Sequence record: NZ_CP143948.1
Direction: 5' to 3' (one strand)
Origin: a plasmid
DNA length: 64,000 nucleotides
Position numbers and translations under genes: made by a program. Each line of letters begins with the position of its first letter. Positions within the stretch are counted from its first letter, which is position 1. The notes beneath the pieces are model-generated. The model had not been told where the DNA came from and ran no database searches. It saw nothing but the letters and a program-made list of their open reading frames with translations. This document shows positions 17,652 to 28,184 of the stretch, one piece after another.

Positions 17652-19049
17652 ATGAGTCAGGAAACAAATTCAGCCCCTGTAACAGAGAACAAGATGGGAA
17701 CCATGCCTATCGGCAGACTTGTATTTAACATGTCTTTGCCTATGATGATTTCCATGCTCGTACAGGCTCTATACAACATCGTGGACAGTATTTTCGTTGC
17801 AAAGCTGTCCGAAAACGCACTCACAGCAGTTTCACTTGCCTTCCCTTTGCAGACACTCATCATCGCTGTCGCAACCGGTACAGGTGTAGGTGTAAACGCG
17901 CTGCTGTCAAAGTCCCTCGGCGCCCATAAATACGACGAGGCCAACAAAATCGGCATCAACGGTGCCGTGCTATATGCATTCAGCTACGTAATATTTCTGA
18001 TTCTCGGACTTACAATCGTAAAGCCTTTTTACATGAGTCAGATTGGAAATGCTGATATCGAAATCATGGATATGGGTGTGAGCTACCTGAGTACTGTTAT
18101 GATTTTTTCATTTGGTATTTTTGCGGAAATCTTTTTTGAGAGGGTGCTTACATCGACAGGAAGAACTATTTTCAGCATGACCTCACAGCTTTGCGGTGCC
18201 ATCACAAATATCATTCTGGATCCTATCATGATCTTTGGACTGCTTGGCTTCCCTAAGCTCGGTGCTACCGGTGCAGCCGTGGCAACCGTTGTGGGACAGT
18301 GCGTAGCCGCCGTTGTTGCCTTTGCCTGCAACCACAAATTCAATCATGAAATCAGCCTGAGCTTCAAGGGCTACAGCCCGGATTTCAAAATCATGGGAAC
18401 CATTTATGCTATCGGTATTCCGTCAATCATCATGCAGTCTATAGGCTCTATAATGACATATGCCATGAACAGAATACTTATCGGCTTTTCATCGACTGCC
18501 GCTGCTGTTTTCGGTGTTTATTTCAAGCTGCAGAGCTTCTTCTTTATGCCTGTATTCGGACTGAACAACGGAATCACACCTATCATCGCATTCAACTACG
18601 GTGCTCAGAACAGAAAGCGTATGGTTAAAACAATAAAGGTCAGCCTGATAACAGCATTCTGTCTGCTCTTCGTTGGCTTTGCCTGCTTTGAGTTCATACC
18701 ACATGTGCTTCTTGGAATGTTCAGCGCCTCTGACGATATGCTTAAAATCGGTGTTCCGGCGCTCAGAATAATCGGAGTGCATTTCCTCATCGCATGGTTT
18801 TGTATTATCGTCGGCACAGTATTCCAGGCTTTGGGAAAGGCGGTCTTTTCCATGATCGTATCAATCATGCGTCAGCTTGTGGTTTTAATTCCGGCAGCAT
18901 ACATCCTTTCAAAGCTCGGTGGACTTCACGCAGTATGGTGGGCTTTCCCGATAGCAGAGGTGATATCCTTTACTGTTTCGACATTATTCTTAATCAGGAT
19001 CAACAGAACTGTCATCTCAAAGATTCCTGATGGAAGCGATGTGCTGTAA
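17652..19049 (+). CDS. MATE-family multidrug/oligosaccharidyl-lipid efflux transporter.
   Basis: 465 aa with 12 predicted TM segments and MATE-like repeats. A good sigma-A-like promoter (TTGAAA-17-TATTAT) lies about 140 nt upstream, with an AGGAGG RBS. Confidence 0.8.
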   Translation: MSQETNSAPVTENKMGTMPIGRLVFNMSLPMMISMLVQALYNIVDSIFVAKLSENALTAVSLAFPLQTLIIAVATGTGVGVNALLSKSLGAHKYDEANKIGINGAVLYAFSYVIFLILGLTIVKPFYMSQIGNADIEIMDMGVSYLSTVMIFSFGIFAEIFFERVLTSTGRTIFSMTSQLCGAITNIILDPIMIFGLLGFPKLGATGAAVATVVGQCVAAVVAFACNHKFNHEISLSFKGYSPDFKIMGTIYAIGIPSIIMQSIGSIMTYAMNRILIGFSSTAAAVFGVYFKLQSFFFMPVFGLNNGITPIIAFNYGAQNRKRMVKTIKVSLITAFCLLFVGFACFEFIPHVLLGMFSASDDMLKIGVPALRIIGVHFLIAWFCIIVGTVFQALGKAVFSMIVSIMRQLVVLIPAAYILSKLGGLHAVWWAFPIAEVISFTVSTLFLIRINRTVISKIPDGSDVL

Positions 19050-19087
19050 AAAATTTTACTTGAGCTTTAAAATAATCAACAATAAAA

Positions 19088-19142
19088 TCCGCTGCATTAT
19101 ATCATGTGCGTAATCATATGATATAGTGTAGCGGATTTATTA
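19088..19142 (+). terminator. Terminator-like hairpin after the MATE gene.
   Basis: AAATCCGCT pairs with AGCGGATTT around a structured loop, followed by a T-rich tract. Confidence 0.5.
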
Positions 19143-19336
19143 TATTTATGTCATATTTTCACATATTTCTGATTTCTGCACCAGCTTGGTGCAGCTTATG
19201 AACCGACTCCATCTTGCGTATTATCTTGCGTATTTTCTTCCTCTATTATACGTATTTTATGTTGCTGGTCACACTGTTCGGTGTGAACAGTAACGATTTT
19301 ATATAAAAAGTGTAATCTGCAGATTCAAACCTCTTT

Positions 19337-19470
19337 TAAAAAATGCGATTTTGTGGTAAAATAGCAAAAAAGAAAATGCGATTTTGTGGTAAATCGTTGA
19401 AATAAAAAATGCGATTTTGTAGTAAAACATCAAAATAAAAAATGCGATTTTGTAATTTTATTAGGAGAAT
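19337..19470 (+). repeat. Four tandem direct repeats of about 33 bp (core ATGCGATTTTGTRGTAAA). The last repeat is degenerate and overlaps the RBS of the downstream ATPase gene.
   Basis: Repeat cores lie at 19343-19354, 19376-19387, 19409-19420 and 19443-19454, a period of 33-34 bp. Each repeat carries a mini-ORF beginning MRFC. Confidence 0.8.
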
Positions 19471-19473
19471 ATC

Positions 19474-20802
19474 ATGTTTAAGCGAAAAATATATGATAAA
19501 TTATTGCAATGGAAAAAGGATTCCGATGGTAAAACAGCACTCTTAATCGAAGGAGCCCGTCGTATAGGCAAGTCAACCATCGTAGAGTCATTTGGACGAA
19601 ATGAATACAAAAGTTATATAATCATTGATTTCTCAATCGTCTCAAAAAATATACGTGAACTGTTTGAGGATATTTCAGATCTGAATTATCTGTTTTTGCA
19701 GTTGCAGCTCCAATACAAAGTCGATCTCTATGAGAGAGAGTCTTTGATTATTTTTGACGAAGTACAATTATGCCCCCGCGCAAGACAGGCTATCAAATCA
19801 CTTGTAAAAGATCACCGATATGATTATATAGAAACCGGTTCTCTGATTTCTATCAAAAAAAACGTACAGGATATACTTATTCCAAGCGAAGAGAGAAAGC
19901 TAAACATGTATCCTATGGATTATGAAGAATTTTTATGGGCTTTGAATGATGAAACAACTATCCCCCTAATCCATAAGCTATTCGATTCTCAAAAACCCTT
20001 CGGAGAAGAGATTAATCGTAAATTGATGCGTGATTTCCGTCTTTATATGCTTGTCGGGGGAATGCCGCAGGCAGTTGATGAATATATCAAAACCAATAAC
20101 TTCCGTAAGGTTGATGACGTGAAGCGTGATATTCTGAATCTTTATGAAGATGATTTCAAAAAAATAGATGCCACTGGAAAAATATCTATGCTTTTTGATG
20201 CAATTCCTGCGCAGCTAAACAAAAATGCTTCGCGATATCAGGTATCAAGCGTACTGACAAACAATCGCGCCGATAATACACTGGAACTGATTGCAGAGTT
20301 AAAAGACTCAAAAACTGTTTTGGTATCATACCATGCAAATGACCCAAGTGCCGGTATGTCAACCAACAAAGACTTAACCCGGTTTAAACTATTTTTATGC
20401 GATACCGGGCTGTTTACTACATTGATGTTTAAAGACAAAGATTTCACAGAAAACATAATTTATGAAAAATTGTTAAATGACAAGCTAGGAACTAATCTAG
20501 GCTATCTTTACGAAAATGTAGTTGCACAGCTTTTAACGTGTAATGGCAACGAATTATTTTACTATACTTTTTTTAATGAAAGTTCGCGCCATAATTACGA
20601 AATAGATTTTCTTATTGCCAAAAAAAATAAGGTTTGCCCAATTGAAGTAAAATCCAGTGGCTATAAAACCCATAAGTCCCTGGATGAATTTTCAATAAAT
20701 TTTTCAAACCGTATTCTTCAAAAATATCTCGTATATACAAAGGATTTCTCAAAAGACAAAGACATACTCTGTCTGCCTGCTTATATGATTTCGTTTTTGT
20801 AA
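19474..20802 (+). CDS. AAA+ ATPase of the AAA_14/DUF4143 type ('ATP-binding protein').
   Basis: Walker A is GARRIGKST and Walker B is LIIFDEVQ. The family-typical C-terminal DUF4143-like region is present. RBS is AGGAGA. Confidence 0.75.
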   Translation: MFKRKIYDKLLQWKKDSDGKTALLIEGARRIGKSTIVESFGRNEYKSYIIIDFSIVSKNIRELFEDISDLNYLFLQLQLQYKVDLYERESLIIFDEVQLCPRARQAIKSLVKDHRYDYIETGSLISIKKNVQDILIPSEERKLNMYPMDYEEFLWALNDETTIPLIHKLFDSQKPFGEEINRKLMRDFRLYMLVGGMPQAVDEYIKTNNFRKVDDVKRDILNLYEDDFKKIDATGKISMLFDAIPAQLNKNASRYQVSSVLTNNRADNTLELIAELKDSKTVLVSYHANDPSAGMSTNKDLTRFKLFLCDTGLFTTLMFKDKDFTENIIYEKLLNDKLGTNLGYLYENVVAQLLTCNGNELFYYTFFNESSRHNYEIDFLIAKKNKVCPIEVKSSGYKTHKSLDEFSINFSNRILQKYLVYTKDFSKDKDILCLPAYMISFL

Positions 20803-20858
20803 GAAGAATACTTTTTAAATATGATTTTAATACACACACTTATATGGAGGATTAAGAC

Positions 20859-21614
20859 ATGAAATTTATATCGTGGAATGTAAATGGACTGCGCGCATGC
20901 GTCCAGAAGGGCTTCCTTGATTTTTTTAACAGTATAGATGCGGATTTCTTTTGTATACAGGAGTCCAAGCTACAGGCGGGACAGATTGATCTTGACCTGC
21001 CCTGCTATCACCAGTACTGGAATTATGCCGAGAAAAAAGGCTATTCCGGCACAGCCATTTTCGCCAAAAATGAGCCATTATCTGTGTCTTACGGCATAGG
21101 CATTGAGGAGCATGATAAGGAAGGACGTGTCATCACACTCGAATATGACAATTTCTATCTCGTAACCTGCTATACTCCAAACTCACAGAATGAGCTGAAA
21201 AGGCTGCCGTACCGTATGCAGTGGGAGGATGATTTCCGTGAATACCTTAAGACTCTCGATGCCCAAAAACCTGTCGTACTGTGCGGTGATCTGAATGTTG
21301 CACACAATGAGATTGACCTGAAAAATCCAAAAACAAACCGCAAGAATGCAGGTTTTTCAGATGAGGAACGTGCTAAAATGACGGAGCTTTTAGGTTCCGG
21401 CTTTACCGATACCTTCAGATATTTTTATCCGGATGCCGAGGGTATATATTCCTGGTGGTCATACCGTTTTAAGGCTCGCGAGAAGAACGCAGGCTGGCGT
21501 ATCGACTACTTTATCACATCAAAGCGCATCAACGATAAGCTGCAAAAGGCAGCGATCCATACCGATGTGCTCGGTTCAGACCACTGCCCTGTAGAGGTTG
21601 ATATTGAATTTTAA
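20859..21614 (+). CDS. xth: Exodeoxyribonuclease III (AP endonuclease, Xth family).
   Basis: 251 aa. The N-terminal MKFISWNVNGLRA and the EEP-family catalytic motifs (SDHCPV) are present. Confidence 0.85.
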   Translation: MKFISWNVNGLRACVQKGFLDFFNSIDADFFCIQESKLQAGQIDLDLPCYHQYWNYAEKKGYSGTAIFAKNEPLSVSYGIGIEEHDKEGRVITLEYDNFYLVTCYTPNSQNELKRLPYRMQWEDDFREYLKTLDAQKPVVLCGDLNVAHNEIDLKNPKTNRKNAGFSDEERAKMTELLGSGFTDTFRYFYPDAEGIYSWWSYRFKAREKNAGWRIDYFITSKRINDKLQKAAIHTDVLGSDHCPVEVDIEF

Positions 21615-21632
21615 ATTTAAGGTTATGTATTT

Positions 21633-23879
21633 TTACAATCCCTTATGCAGCACCTTCTTCTCGAGCTTATCCCCATCCAGGGTATACTCAACAGCATTAT
21701 ACGCACCATCTCTGTATGCAAACGTCTCATTGTCATCCTGATAATGCACGAAGCTGCCCTTGCCCGGATATGTCAGTATACTGATCTTATCCTCTGTAAT
21801 GTCCTCTGTAGAGCGGATTTCTCCGTCTGCAACAGGGATAATGGCTCCTGCTTTTATGAAGACAGGTACTTTATCAAGTGGTGCATCTGCTAAAATATAT
21901 CTGCCGCCACTGTATTTTTCGCCTGTGTAGTAATCATACCAGTCGCCGTCAGGCAGATAAACCTCTCTTGCCTCCTTGCCCGGTGCGATCACAGGTGCAA
22001 CCAGTACAAAGCTTCCGAGCATATATTCATCGGAAATATTTCTCACATGCTTATCTGCAGGATATTCGTATACGAGCGGGCGCACGATAGGTGCTCCTGT
22101 CTTTTCACACTCATGTGCCAGATCATATATATATGGGATAAATCTGTATCTGAGCTTTACTGTCTTTCTGACTGCATCTATCGTAGTCTCATCAAACTGC
22201 CAAGGCTCCTGTCTGCGTGTTCCCATCGCTGAATGATTTCTGAAAAACGGCACAAATACTGCTGCCTCATAAAATCTGACAAGAAGCTCCGGTGTAGTAT
22301 CACTTCCGAAACCGCCTATATCGCTGCCGCACATGGCAAGTCCGCTGACTGACAGATTGCACACCTGCTCGAGTGAAAGTGCTATATGCGCCCAGATGCT
22401 GTGATTGTCTCCGGTCCAGCCACCGCAGTATTTCTGGCTTCCGGCATACGCAGCCCTGGTAAGTACAAACGGACGTTTTCCACCATCATTTTTCGCAAGT
22501 CCCTCATATGTGGCTTTTGCCATAAAATGTCCGTAAATATTGTGAACCTTTTCATGTGCTCCATACTCAAACTGCACATCATCCGGCAGTGGTCCGTTGA
22601 AGCTTGCAGGCTCATTCATATCATTCCATATGCCACTGATACCGTGCTCGAGAAGTATCTTTGTCTTGTCTCCCCACCAGCTTCTGACGCTTTGCTTTGT
22701 GAAGTCCGGAAATACCGATGTTCCCGGCCAGACAGCATTTTCATATACACTGCCATCTGTATCATGTGCAAATGCATCCATCTCCATGCCCTCTTTGTAC
22801 ATGAAATAGTCCTCATCCTTTTTCACACCCGGGTCAATGATGGATATGAGCTTTACACCCCTGTCAGCAAGCTTCTCTGAAAGACCCTTTACATCCGGGA
22901 ATTTCTTGTCATCAAAGGTGAATACCCTGTAGCCATTCATGTAATCGATATCCATATGTATCACATCGCATGGGATATCAAGCTCGCGGAATTTGTCAGC
23001 TATATCAAGCACCTCATCCTGCGTGTAATAGCCCCAGCGGCTCTGATGGCTGCCGTATATCCATCTCTGATAAAGCGGTGTGGTGCCTGTCAGTGATGTA
23101 TAAAGTCCTACCACCTCTGCCATATCATTTCCCGGCATAAAATAGTAGTCCAGCTCGCCCTTCTCATGCTCGACGAAATAGTAATCTGTGTTTTCATAAC
23201 CGAAATCAAAGGTTGTCTTGTAGGTATTATCCGCAAAAATTCCATAACAATATTCATCGCCCAACACGATAAAAAACGGTATGGATTTGTACAGCGATTT
23301 GAAGCTGTCCACATGTGGCGCAGGATCATCTGTGTTCCAGTTTACATATGAATATCCACGCTTGTTGAGGCATCCCGGCTTATCTCCCAGACCGTAAATA
23401 GCATCATCCTTTCCAAGCTTTTTGATGATGGTAACAGCGTCAGTTTTTTCTTCATCTTTTCCGACAGTATGTCCCTCAAGCTCTGCGATGGCAAGATCCT
23501 CGTACGGATTCTTCTCACTCTTTTTGCGTGCTTTTTCATAATCTGAAAGCACAAGCTTCCCTTTGTAATAAATATCAAGCTTCTCGTTATCCTTTACATT
23601 TACAGTAATATCCCTTGCACTTATGACTGCTTTAACCGCTGCATCGCTTACACCGGCTTCTGCTGCGGTACTCTTGGCATCAGACGTATCCTTGCATGTT
23701 ACGTCCGGTGTGGCAGCCTTCGGAATAAAGCCCTCTTCTATTGCAACACTTTCGATGCCGGGTTTTTGTGCAACATGCACTATGTTGTTTTCAAATATGG
23801 TAACAAACAGACTGCCTTTCTCGTAGATCAGCTCTGCTGTGTTGTCCTGTATTTTACAGTTCTTATATAAATTTCCCAT
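21633..23879 (-). CDS. Glycoside hydrolase family 31 (alpha-glucosidase / alpha-xylosidase type).
   Basis: 748 aa. The GH31 catalytic-region signature GIWNDMNEPA and an acid/base-region motif are present. Confidence 0.8.
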   Translation of the reverse strand: MGNLYKNCKIQDNTAELIYEKGSLFVTIFENNIVHVAQKPGIESVAIEEGFIPKAATPDVTCKDTSDAKSTAAEAGVSDAAVKAVISARDITVNVKDNEKLDIYYKGKLVLSDYEKARKKSEKNPYEDLAIAELEGHTVGKDEEKTDAVTIIKKLGKDDAIYGLGDKPGCLNKRGYSYVNWNTDDPAPHVDSFKSLYKSIPFFIVLGDEYCYGIFADNTYKTTFDFGYENTDYYFVEHEKGELDYYFMPGNDMAEVVGLYTSLTGTTPLYQRWIYGSHQSRWGYYTQDEVLDIADKFRELDIPCDVIHMDIDYMNGYRVFTFDDKKFPDVKGLSEKLADRGVKLISIIDPGVKKDEDYFMYKEGMEMDAFAHDTDGSVYENAVWPGTSVFPDFTKQSVRSWWGDKTKILLEHGISGIWNDMNEPASFNGPLPDDVQFEYGAHEKVHNIYGHFMAKATYEGLAKNDGGKRPFVLTRAAYAGSQKYCGGWTGDNHSIWAHIALSLEQVCNLSVSGLAMCGSDIGGFGSDTTPELLVRFYEAAVFVPFFRNHSAMGTRRQEPWQFDETTIDAVRKTVKLRYRFIPYIYDLAHECEKTGAPIVRPLVYEYPADKHVRNISDEYMLGSFVLVAPVIAPGKEAREVYLPDGDWYDYYTGEKYSGGRYILADAPLDKVPVFIKAGAIIPVADGEIRSTEDITEDKISILTYPGKGSFVHYQDDNETFAYRDGAYNAVEYTLDGDKLEKKVLHKGL

Positions 23880-24020
23880 TGCATAATCCTCCCTTGAATT
23901 ATATAGTTTCTCCTGATGTTTCTTATAAAAATACTTCCGTTTACTATAATAGTATCATCCATTTTTAATTTTTACAACAAAGAAAGTCACCGGTCACACC
24001 TAGTATGACCGGTGACTGCC

Positions 24021-26414
24021 TCAGGCTGTAAGTATCTCTGTCAATACACCATACAGCTCTGTATCAAGCTCCTTTGCCTTGAGCTCTGATAAAATCACTG
24101 TTGTTTTCTTTCCCGATGTAATAAGACCGTAGATTTCATCCTTTAGCACAAAGCCTATCTCTGCCTGATTCAGGAAATCAAAGCATCTTTTTTCGATTTG
24201 ATTATCAAGCGCTACTGTGTCTTTCGATATTGCAACGCTTATTTTGCTCGCTGTCGATGCATTTACAGTAACGATGAGCTTTCTGTTTTCTTTATCATAT
24301 TTACTCTTTGCCAATACCTCTTTACCATCCACAGATACCTTTACCTTATCGGCTGCTGCCTCGGTTCTTCTTTCAAAGACAAGCTTACAGGTTCTGTTGT
24401 CAGGTATTAATGATGTATCTCCATCTGCCGGAGAAATGACAAACATATCTTTATCCGCAGAATATTTCATAGCTGTGGTCACACATCTGCCATCCACATA
24501 TCCGCAGGATTCATTGTCATCCTCGTATAGCTCAAACTCACCATCAGCCTCCGGGAATACCCTGACACATAATACATCAGGATTTTTGATAACAGATCTT
24601 GCATCAAGCTCATCAGCATCTGCACACACAAGTATGCCTCCCGCCTTCGCAAACACCGGTATGCTGCTCAAATCCCTGTAAACCTCCAGCATTCTTCCAC
24701 CATCATAGCGCATGCCTGTATAGATATCATACCAGATGCCCTCCGGGAACCATACTTTGGTTCTTGCCACATTAAGTCCCTTAATACGTGGAGTTGTAAC
24801 AGGTGCTACCATAAGCTGGCTGCCAAAGAAATACTGATTCTTTACCTCATAAGCCTCTGCATTTTCAGGATACTCATAATACATAGGCTCAATCAGCGGC
24901 ATATTCTCGGCATAGCTGCGATAGTTCATAGTATACAGATACGGAATCATACAATGCCTCTGTCTGAGCGCTGCCTCCATCGCTTCCTCAGTCTCTTTTT
25001 TAAATCGCCACGGCTCCTTGCCGTTAAATTCGCTGCATGAGCTGTGCAGACGCATTATCGGAGAGAATATACCATATTGTGTCCATCTGGCTGTCAGCTC
25101 ATCATCCTTGTAGCCAAGCATATGTCCGCCAATATCATGGCTCCACCATCCATATCCGATGTTTGTCGCTGTCGTTGTAAAATACGGTTGAAAATCAAGC
25201 GACTCCCATGTAATATGTGTATCTCCCGAAAATCCAATCGGATATCTATGGCTTCCCGGACCTGCATAGCGCGAAAATGTCATTGGACGCCTGCCGTCTC
25301 TTTTATTATCGAGATAATGAAAATGATTAAAAATCCATAGCGGATCCAATCCTTCAACCTTGCAGTTACTGCCCTGCTGCCAGTCAATCCACCAGAAATC
25401 CACACCTTCAGCCTCTCTCGGATGGTGAAGATACTTAAAATATGCATCCATAAACTTTGGGCTTGCCGGATCACATACAACCGGGTCCTCATTTTCATAG
25501 TCCACGCCCATTTCCTTTGCCATATCAACATACATTTCTTCACAGCCCTGCACACCATCCGCAGGGTGTACGTTCAGGGTAGTATGCATTCCTCTGTCAT
25601 GGAGCTTTCCAAGAAAGCGCTTCGGATCCGGGAAAAGCTTTTTGTTCCAAGTATATCCTGTCCATCCGCTTCCGTATTTAGGGTCCACATCAACCTGATG
25701 CCAGTCCATATCTATTACAGCTACCGTGAATGGGATATTCTTTTCATCGAATTTGTCCATCAGCTCCATATAGCTTTCTTCTGAGTATTTATAATATCTG
25801 CTCCACCAGTTTCCCAGTGCATATCGCGGAAGCATCGGAGTCTTGCCGCAAAGCCTGTAAAAATCATTGAGCGCCTGTTTATAATCATGTCCATATCCAA
25901 AGAAATACAAATCAGACACACCTTTTTTTCTTGGCTCAATCCATCCATCGTCAAGTAAAATCTGTGATTTACTGTCATCAAGAATTGAATATCCAAAGCG
26001 TGAAACAACACCGTGTCCAAGCTCAACCTCTCCGTTTACGTCATCAAGTGTACGCGCTGTACCCTGCAAATCATGCACCTTCTCGCCATAATGCCAGATG
26101 CTGTGATATGCGCTCAGGTTTCCCTTAATCTGTATACTCAGTCCGTGTGATGAGAACTCCTTCTCATTATATATCAGGTGCAGCATTGATGTATGAACCT
26201 CAATTCCATCAGCGTTACGCACCACATGATAGCCGGTCTTTGGAAAATCCCTGAACAATACTGTCTGTGTTGCCCTATCCTCGAATACGCCATCTTCACT
26301 GTATTCCAAACGGACAAGGGCTTCTGTCAGAACTGTAATCCTGTATTTTTCACCTATTATCATATTGTCCGATAATGCCACCGGACTTGTCTTTACTCTG
26401 TATATTTCCTGCAT
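24021..26414 (-). CDS. Glycoside hydrolase, GH31-like (second paralogue; divergent catalytic motif FWWIDWQQG).
   Basis: 797 aa with a (beta/alpha)8-type layout and the D-h-W-W-I-D-W motif in the position of the GH31 nucleophile region. The family assignment is a best guess. Confidence 0.55.
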   Translation of the reverse strand: MQEIYRVKTSPVALSDNMIIGEKYRITVLTEALVRLEYSEDGVFEDRATQTVLFRDFPKTGYHVVRNADGIEVHTSMLHLIYNEKEFSSHGLSIQIKGNLSAYHSIWHYGEKVHDLQGTARTLDDVNGEVELGHGVVSRFGYSILDDSKSQILLDDGWIEPRKKGVSDLYFFGYGHDYKQALNDFYRLCGKTPMLPRYALGNWWSRYYKYSEESYMELMDKFDEKNIPFTVAVIDMDWHQVDVDPKYGSGWTGYTWNKKLFPDPKRFLGKLHDRGMHTTLNVHPADGVQGCEEMYVDMAKEMGVDYENEDPVVCDPASPKFMDAYFKYLHHPREAEGVDFWWIDWQQGSNCKVEGLDPLWIFNHFHYLDNKRDGRRPMTFSRYAGPGSHRYPIGFSGDTHITWESLDFQPYFTTTATNIGYGWWSHDIGGHMLGYKDDELTARWTQYGIFSPIMRLHSSCSEFNGKEPWRFKKETEEAMEAALRQRHCMIPYLYTMNYRSYAENMPLIEPMYYEYPENAEAYEVKNQYFFGSQLMVAPVTTPRIKGLNVARTKVWFPEGIWYDIYTGMRYDGGRMLEVYRDLSSIPVFAKAGGILVCADADELDARSVIKNPDVLCVRVFPEADGEFELYEDDNESCGYVDGRCVTTAMKYSADKDMFVISPADGDTSLIPDNRTCKLVFERRTEAAADKVKVSVDGKEVLAKSKYDKENRKLIVTVNASTASKISVAISKDTVALDNQIEKRCFDFLNQAEIGFVLKDEIYGLITSGKKTTVILSELKAKELDTELYGVLTEILTA

Positions 26415-26441
26415 GAAATACTCCCTCTCATATAAATTACG

Positions 26442-27263
26442 CTATCCCTTGACAGCCGATGCCGCAATTCCTGCGATAAACTGCTTCTGGAAGAACAGAT
26501 ATATCAGTAAAACCGGTATGATAGATATTGCCGTTGCCGCAAAAAGTGCGCCATAATCTGTTGAATACTGTCCGTTAAACATCTTAAGACCAACTGCCAA
26601 TAGCTGCTTTTCCTTGGTATTGATTACAAGATAAGGCCACAGATAGTCTTCCCATGTCCACAGGAACTGAAAAATGGCTATACTTGAAATTCCGTTTTTT
26701 GCCATCGGAAATATAATCCTGTGAAAGATATAAAACTCATTAGCGCCATCCATTCTGGCAGCTTCAATAATCTCATCAGGAATGGTCTCAATGTGCTGCT
26801 TCATCATAAATATTCCAAATCCGCTGAACATAGCCGGAATAATAAGTGCCTTATAGCTGTCCATCCATCCGAATTTCTGAATCATAGTGTATTTTGGAAT
26901 AATTGTTACACACCATGGAATCATCATAGTAGCCAATACAAAGCCAAATAGGATATTTCTGCCCTTAAACTTATATTTGCTTAATACAAAACCACAGATT
27001 GTACTGGTGTATACCACAAGCAGGGTTACAACAATCGTGATAAACAAACTGTTTCCAAAAAACCTCATGAAATTGAAATGCGAATTCATGCTGATGTAAT
27101 TGTCTATTGTAAACTCTTGTGGAAGCAGATGTTGCTGCAACGCCATTATTTCCTTATTCTGCTTAAATGATGAGCATAGCATCCATATAAACGGATAAAC
27201 TGTAACAATGCCCAATAATAGAAGGAATACATTTAAAACTATACTGCTTACTTTTTTTCTCAT
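26442..27263 (-). CDS. Carbohydrate ABC transporter permease (CUT1, MalG-like).
   Basis: 273 aa, 6 TM. The EAA loop (EAARMDGANEF) is present. Confidence 0.8.
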   Translation of the reverse strand: MRKKVSSIVLNVFLLLLGIVTVYPFIWMLCSSFKQNKEIMALQQHLLPQEFTIDNYISMNSHFNFMRFFGNSLFITIVVTLLVVYTSTICGFVLSKYKFKGRNILFGFVLATMMIPWCVTIIPKYTMIQKFGWMDSYKALIIPAMFSGFGIFMMKQHIETIPDEIIEAARMDGANEFYIFHRIIFPMAKNGISSIAIFQFLWTWEDYLWPYLVINTKEKQLLAVGLKMFNGQYSTDYGALFAATAISIIPVLLIYLFFQKQFIAGIAASAVKG

Positions 27264-27275
27264 GATATTCTCCTC

Positions 27276-28154
27276 CTACTCTTCCTTGCCCGATACTTTG
27301 AAAGAAAGCACGGTAAGCACTGCGGTAATCACAAAAAGCACAAATGAAAGTGCTGATGCATATCCAAAGTTGTATTTGACAAAGGCCTCATCGTAAATAA
27401 TGTAAGAAGCCAGATATGTTGATGTTCCCGGTCCACCCTCTGTCATGATGAGTATCTGAACATATGCCTGGATATACGAAATAATTGATGTAATGACTAC
27501 AAAAAGTGTCATAGGCTTAAGCAACGGCAATGTAATGTATCTGAATTTCTGCCAGCCACTCGCTCCGTCAACCTGTGCTGCCTCCATGACATCTGCCGGA
27601 AGTGAGTACAGGCCTGCCATATACATGACAACCGCATATCCAAAATCCTTCCAGATGGTCATTATCATTACTGCAATCAGAGCAGTTTTGGGATTCATCA
27701 GCCAGTTGATATCGAGCCCGAATATTTTGTTGATGGTTCCGATCTGTGGATTGTACATGAACTTCCATACAAATGCCACTGCAACCATAGGCGTTACTAC
27801 AGGCATATAGTAAACTGCCCTGAAAAAACTCTTATGCTTTATAAGCGTTGAATAAATAGCATACGCGATTCCCAGTCCCAGACCAACTCTGAAAACAATT
27901 ACAACTACCGAAAAAATTACGGTATTGAACATTGATTTACCGAACAATTTGCTCGTGAACACCTGCTTATAATTTTCCAGACCTAAATACTTGTATGTTC
28001 CGCTTAACGGGTTCCACTCATGAAAGCTTCCTGCAAATGCTATACCGATTGGTATTATCAAAAATATTGTAAAGAAAGCTACCATAGCTACAACAACTAT
28101 GTTTCTTAAAATTATTTCACTCTTACTTTGTAATGGATGTGATTTTTTAAACAT
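27276..28154 (-). CDS. Carbohydrate ABC transporter permease (CUT1, MalF-like).
   Basis: 292 aa, 6 TM. The EAA loop (EAAQVDGASGWQKF) is present. Confidence 0.8.
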   Translation of the reverse strand: MFKKSHPLQSKSEIILRNIVVVAMVAFFTIFLIIPIGIAFAGSFHEWNPLSGTYKYLGLENYKQVFTSKLFGKSMFNTVIFSVVVIVFRVGLGLGIAYAIYSTLIKHKSFFRAVYYMPVVTPMVAVAFVWKFMYNPQIGTINKIFGLDINWLMNPKTALIAVMIMTIWKDFGYAVVMYMAGLYSLPADVMEAAQVDGASGWQKFRYITLPLLKPMTLFVVITSIISYIQAYVQILIMTEGGPGTSTYLASYIIYDEAFVKYNFGYASALSFVLFVITAVLTVLSFKVSGKEE

Positions 28155-28184
28155 TAATAATCCTCCGTAGTGAATCTCTACATG

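Noticed and set aside
19337-19470. Mini-CRISPR array.
   Set aside because: Repeats of about 21 nt with 12-13-nt 'spacers' are far too short. The spacers are A-rich and related to each other, there are no cas genes, and it is a tandem duplication of a gene leader.
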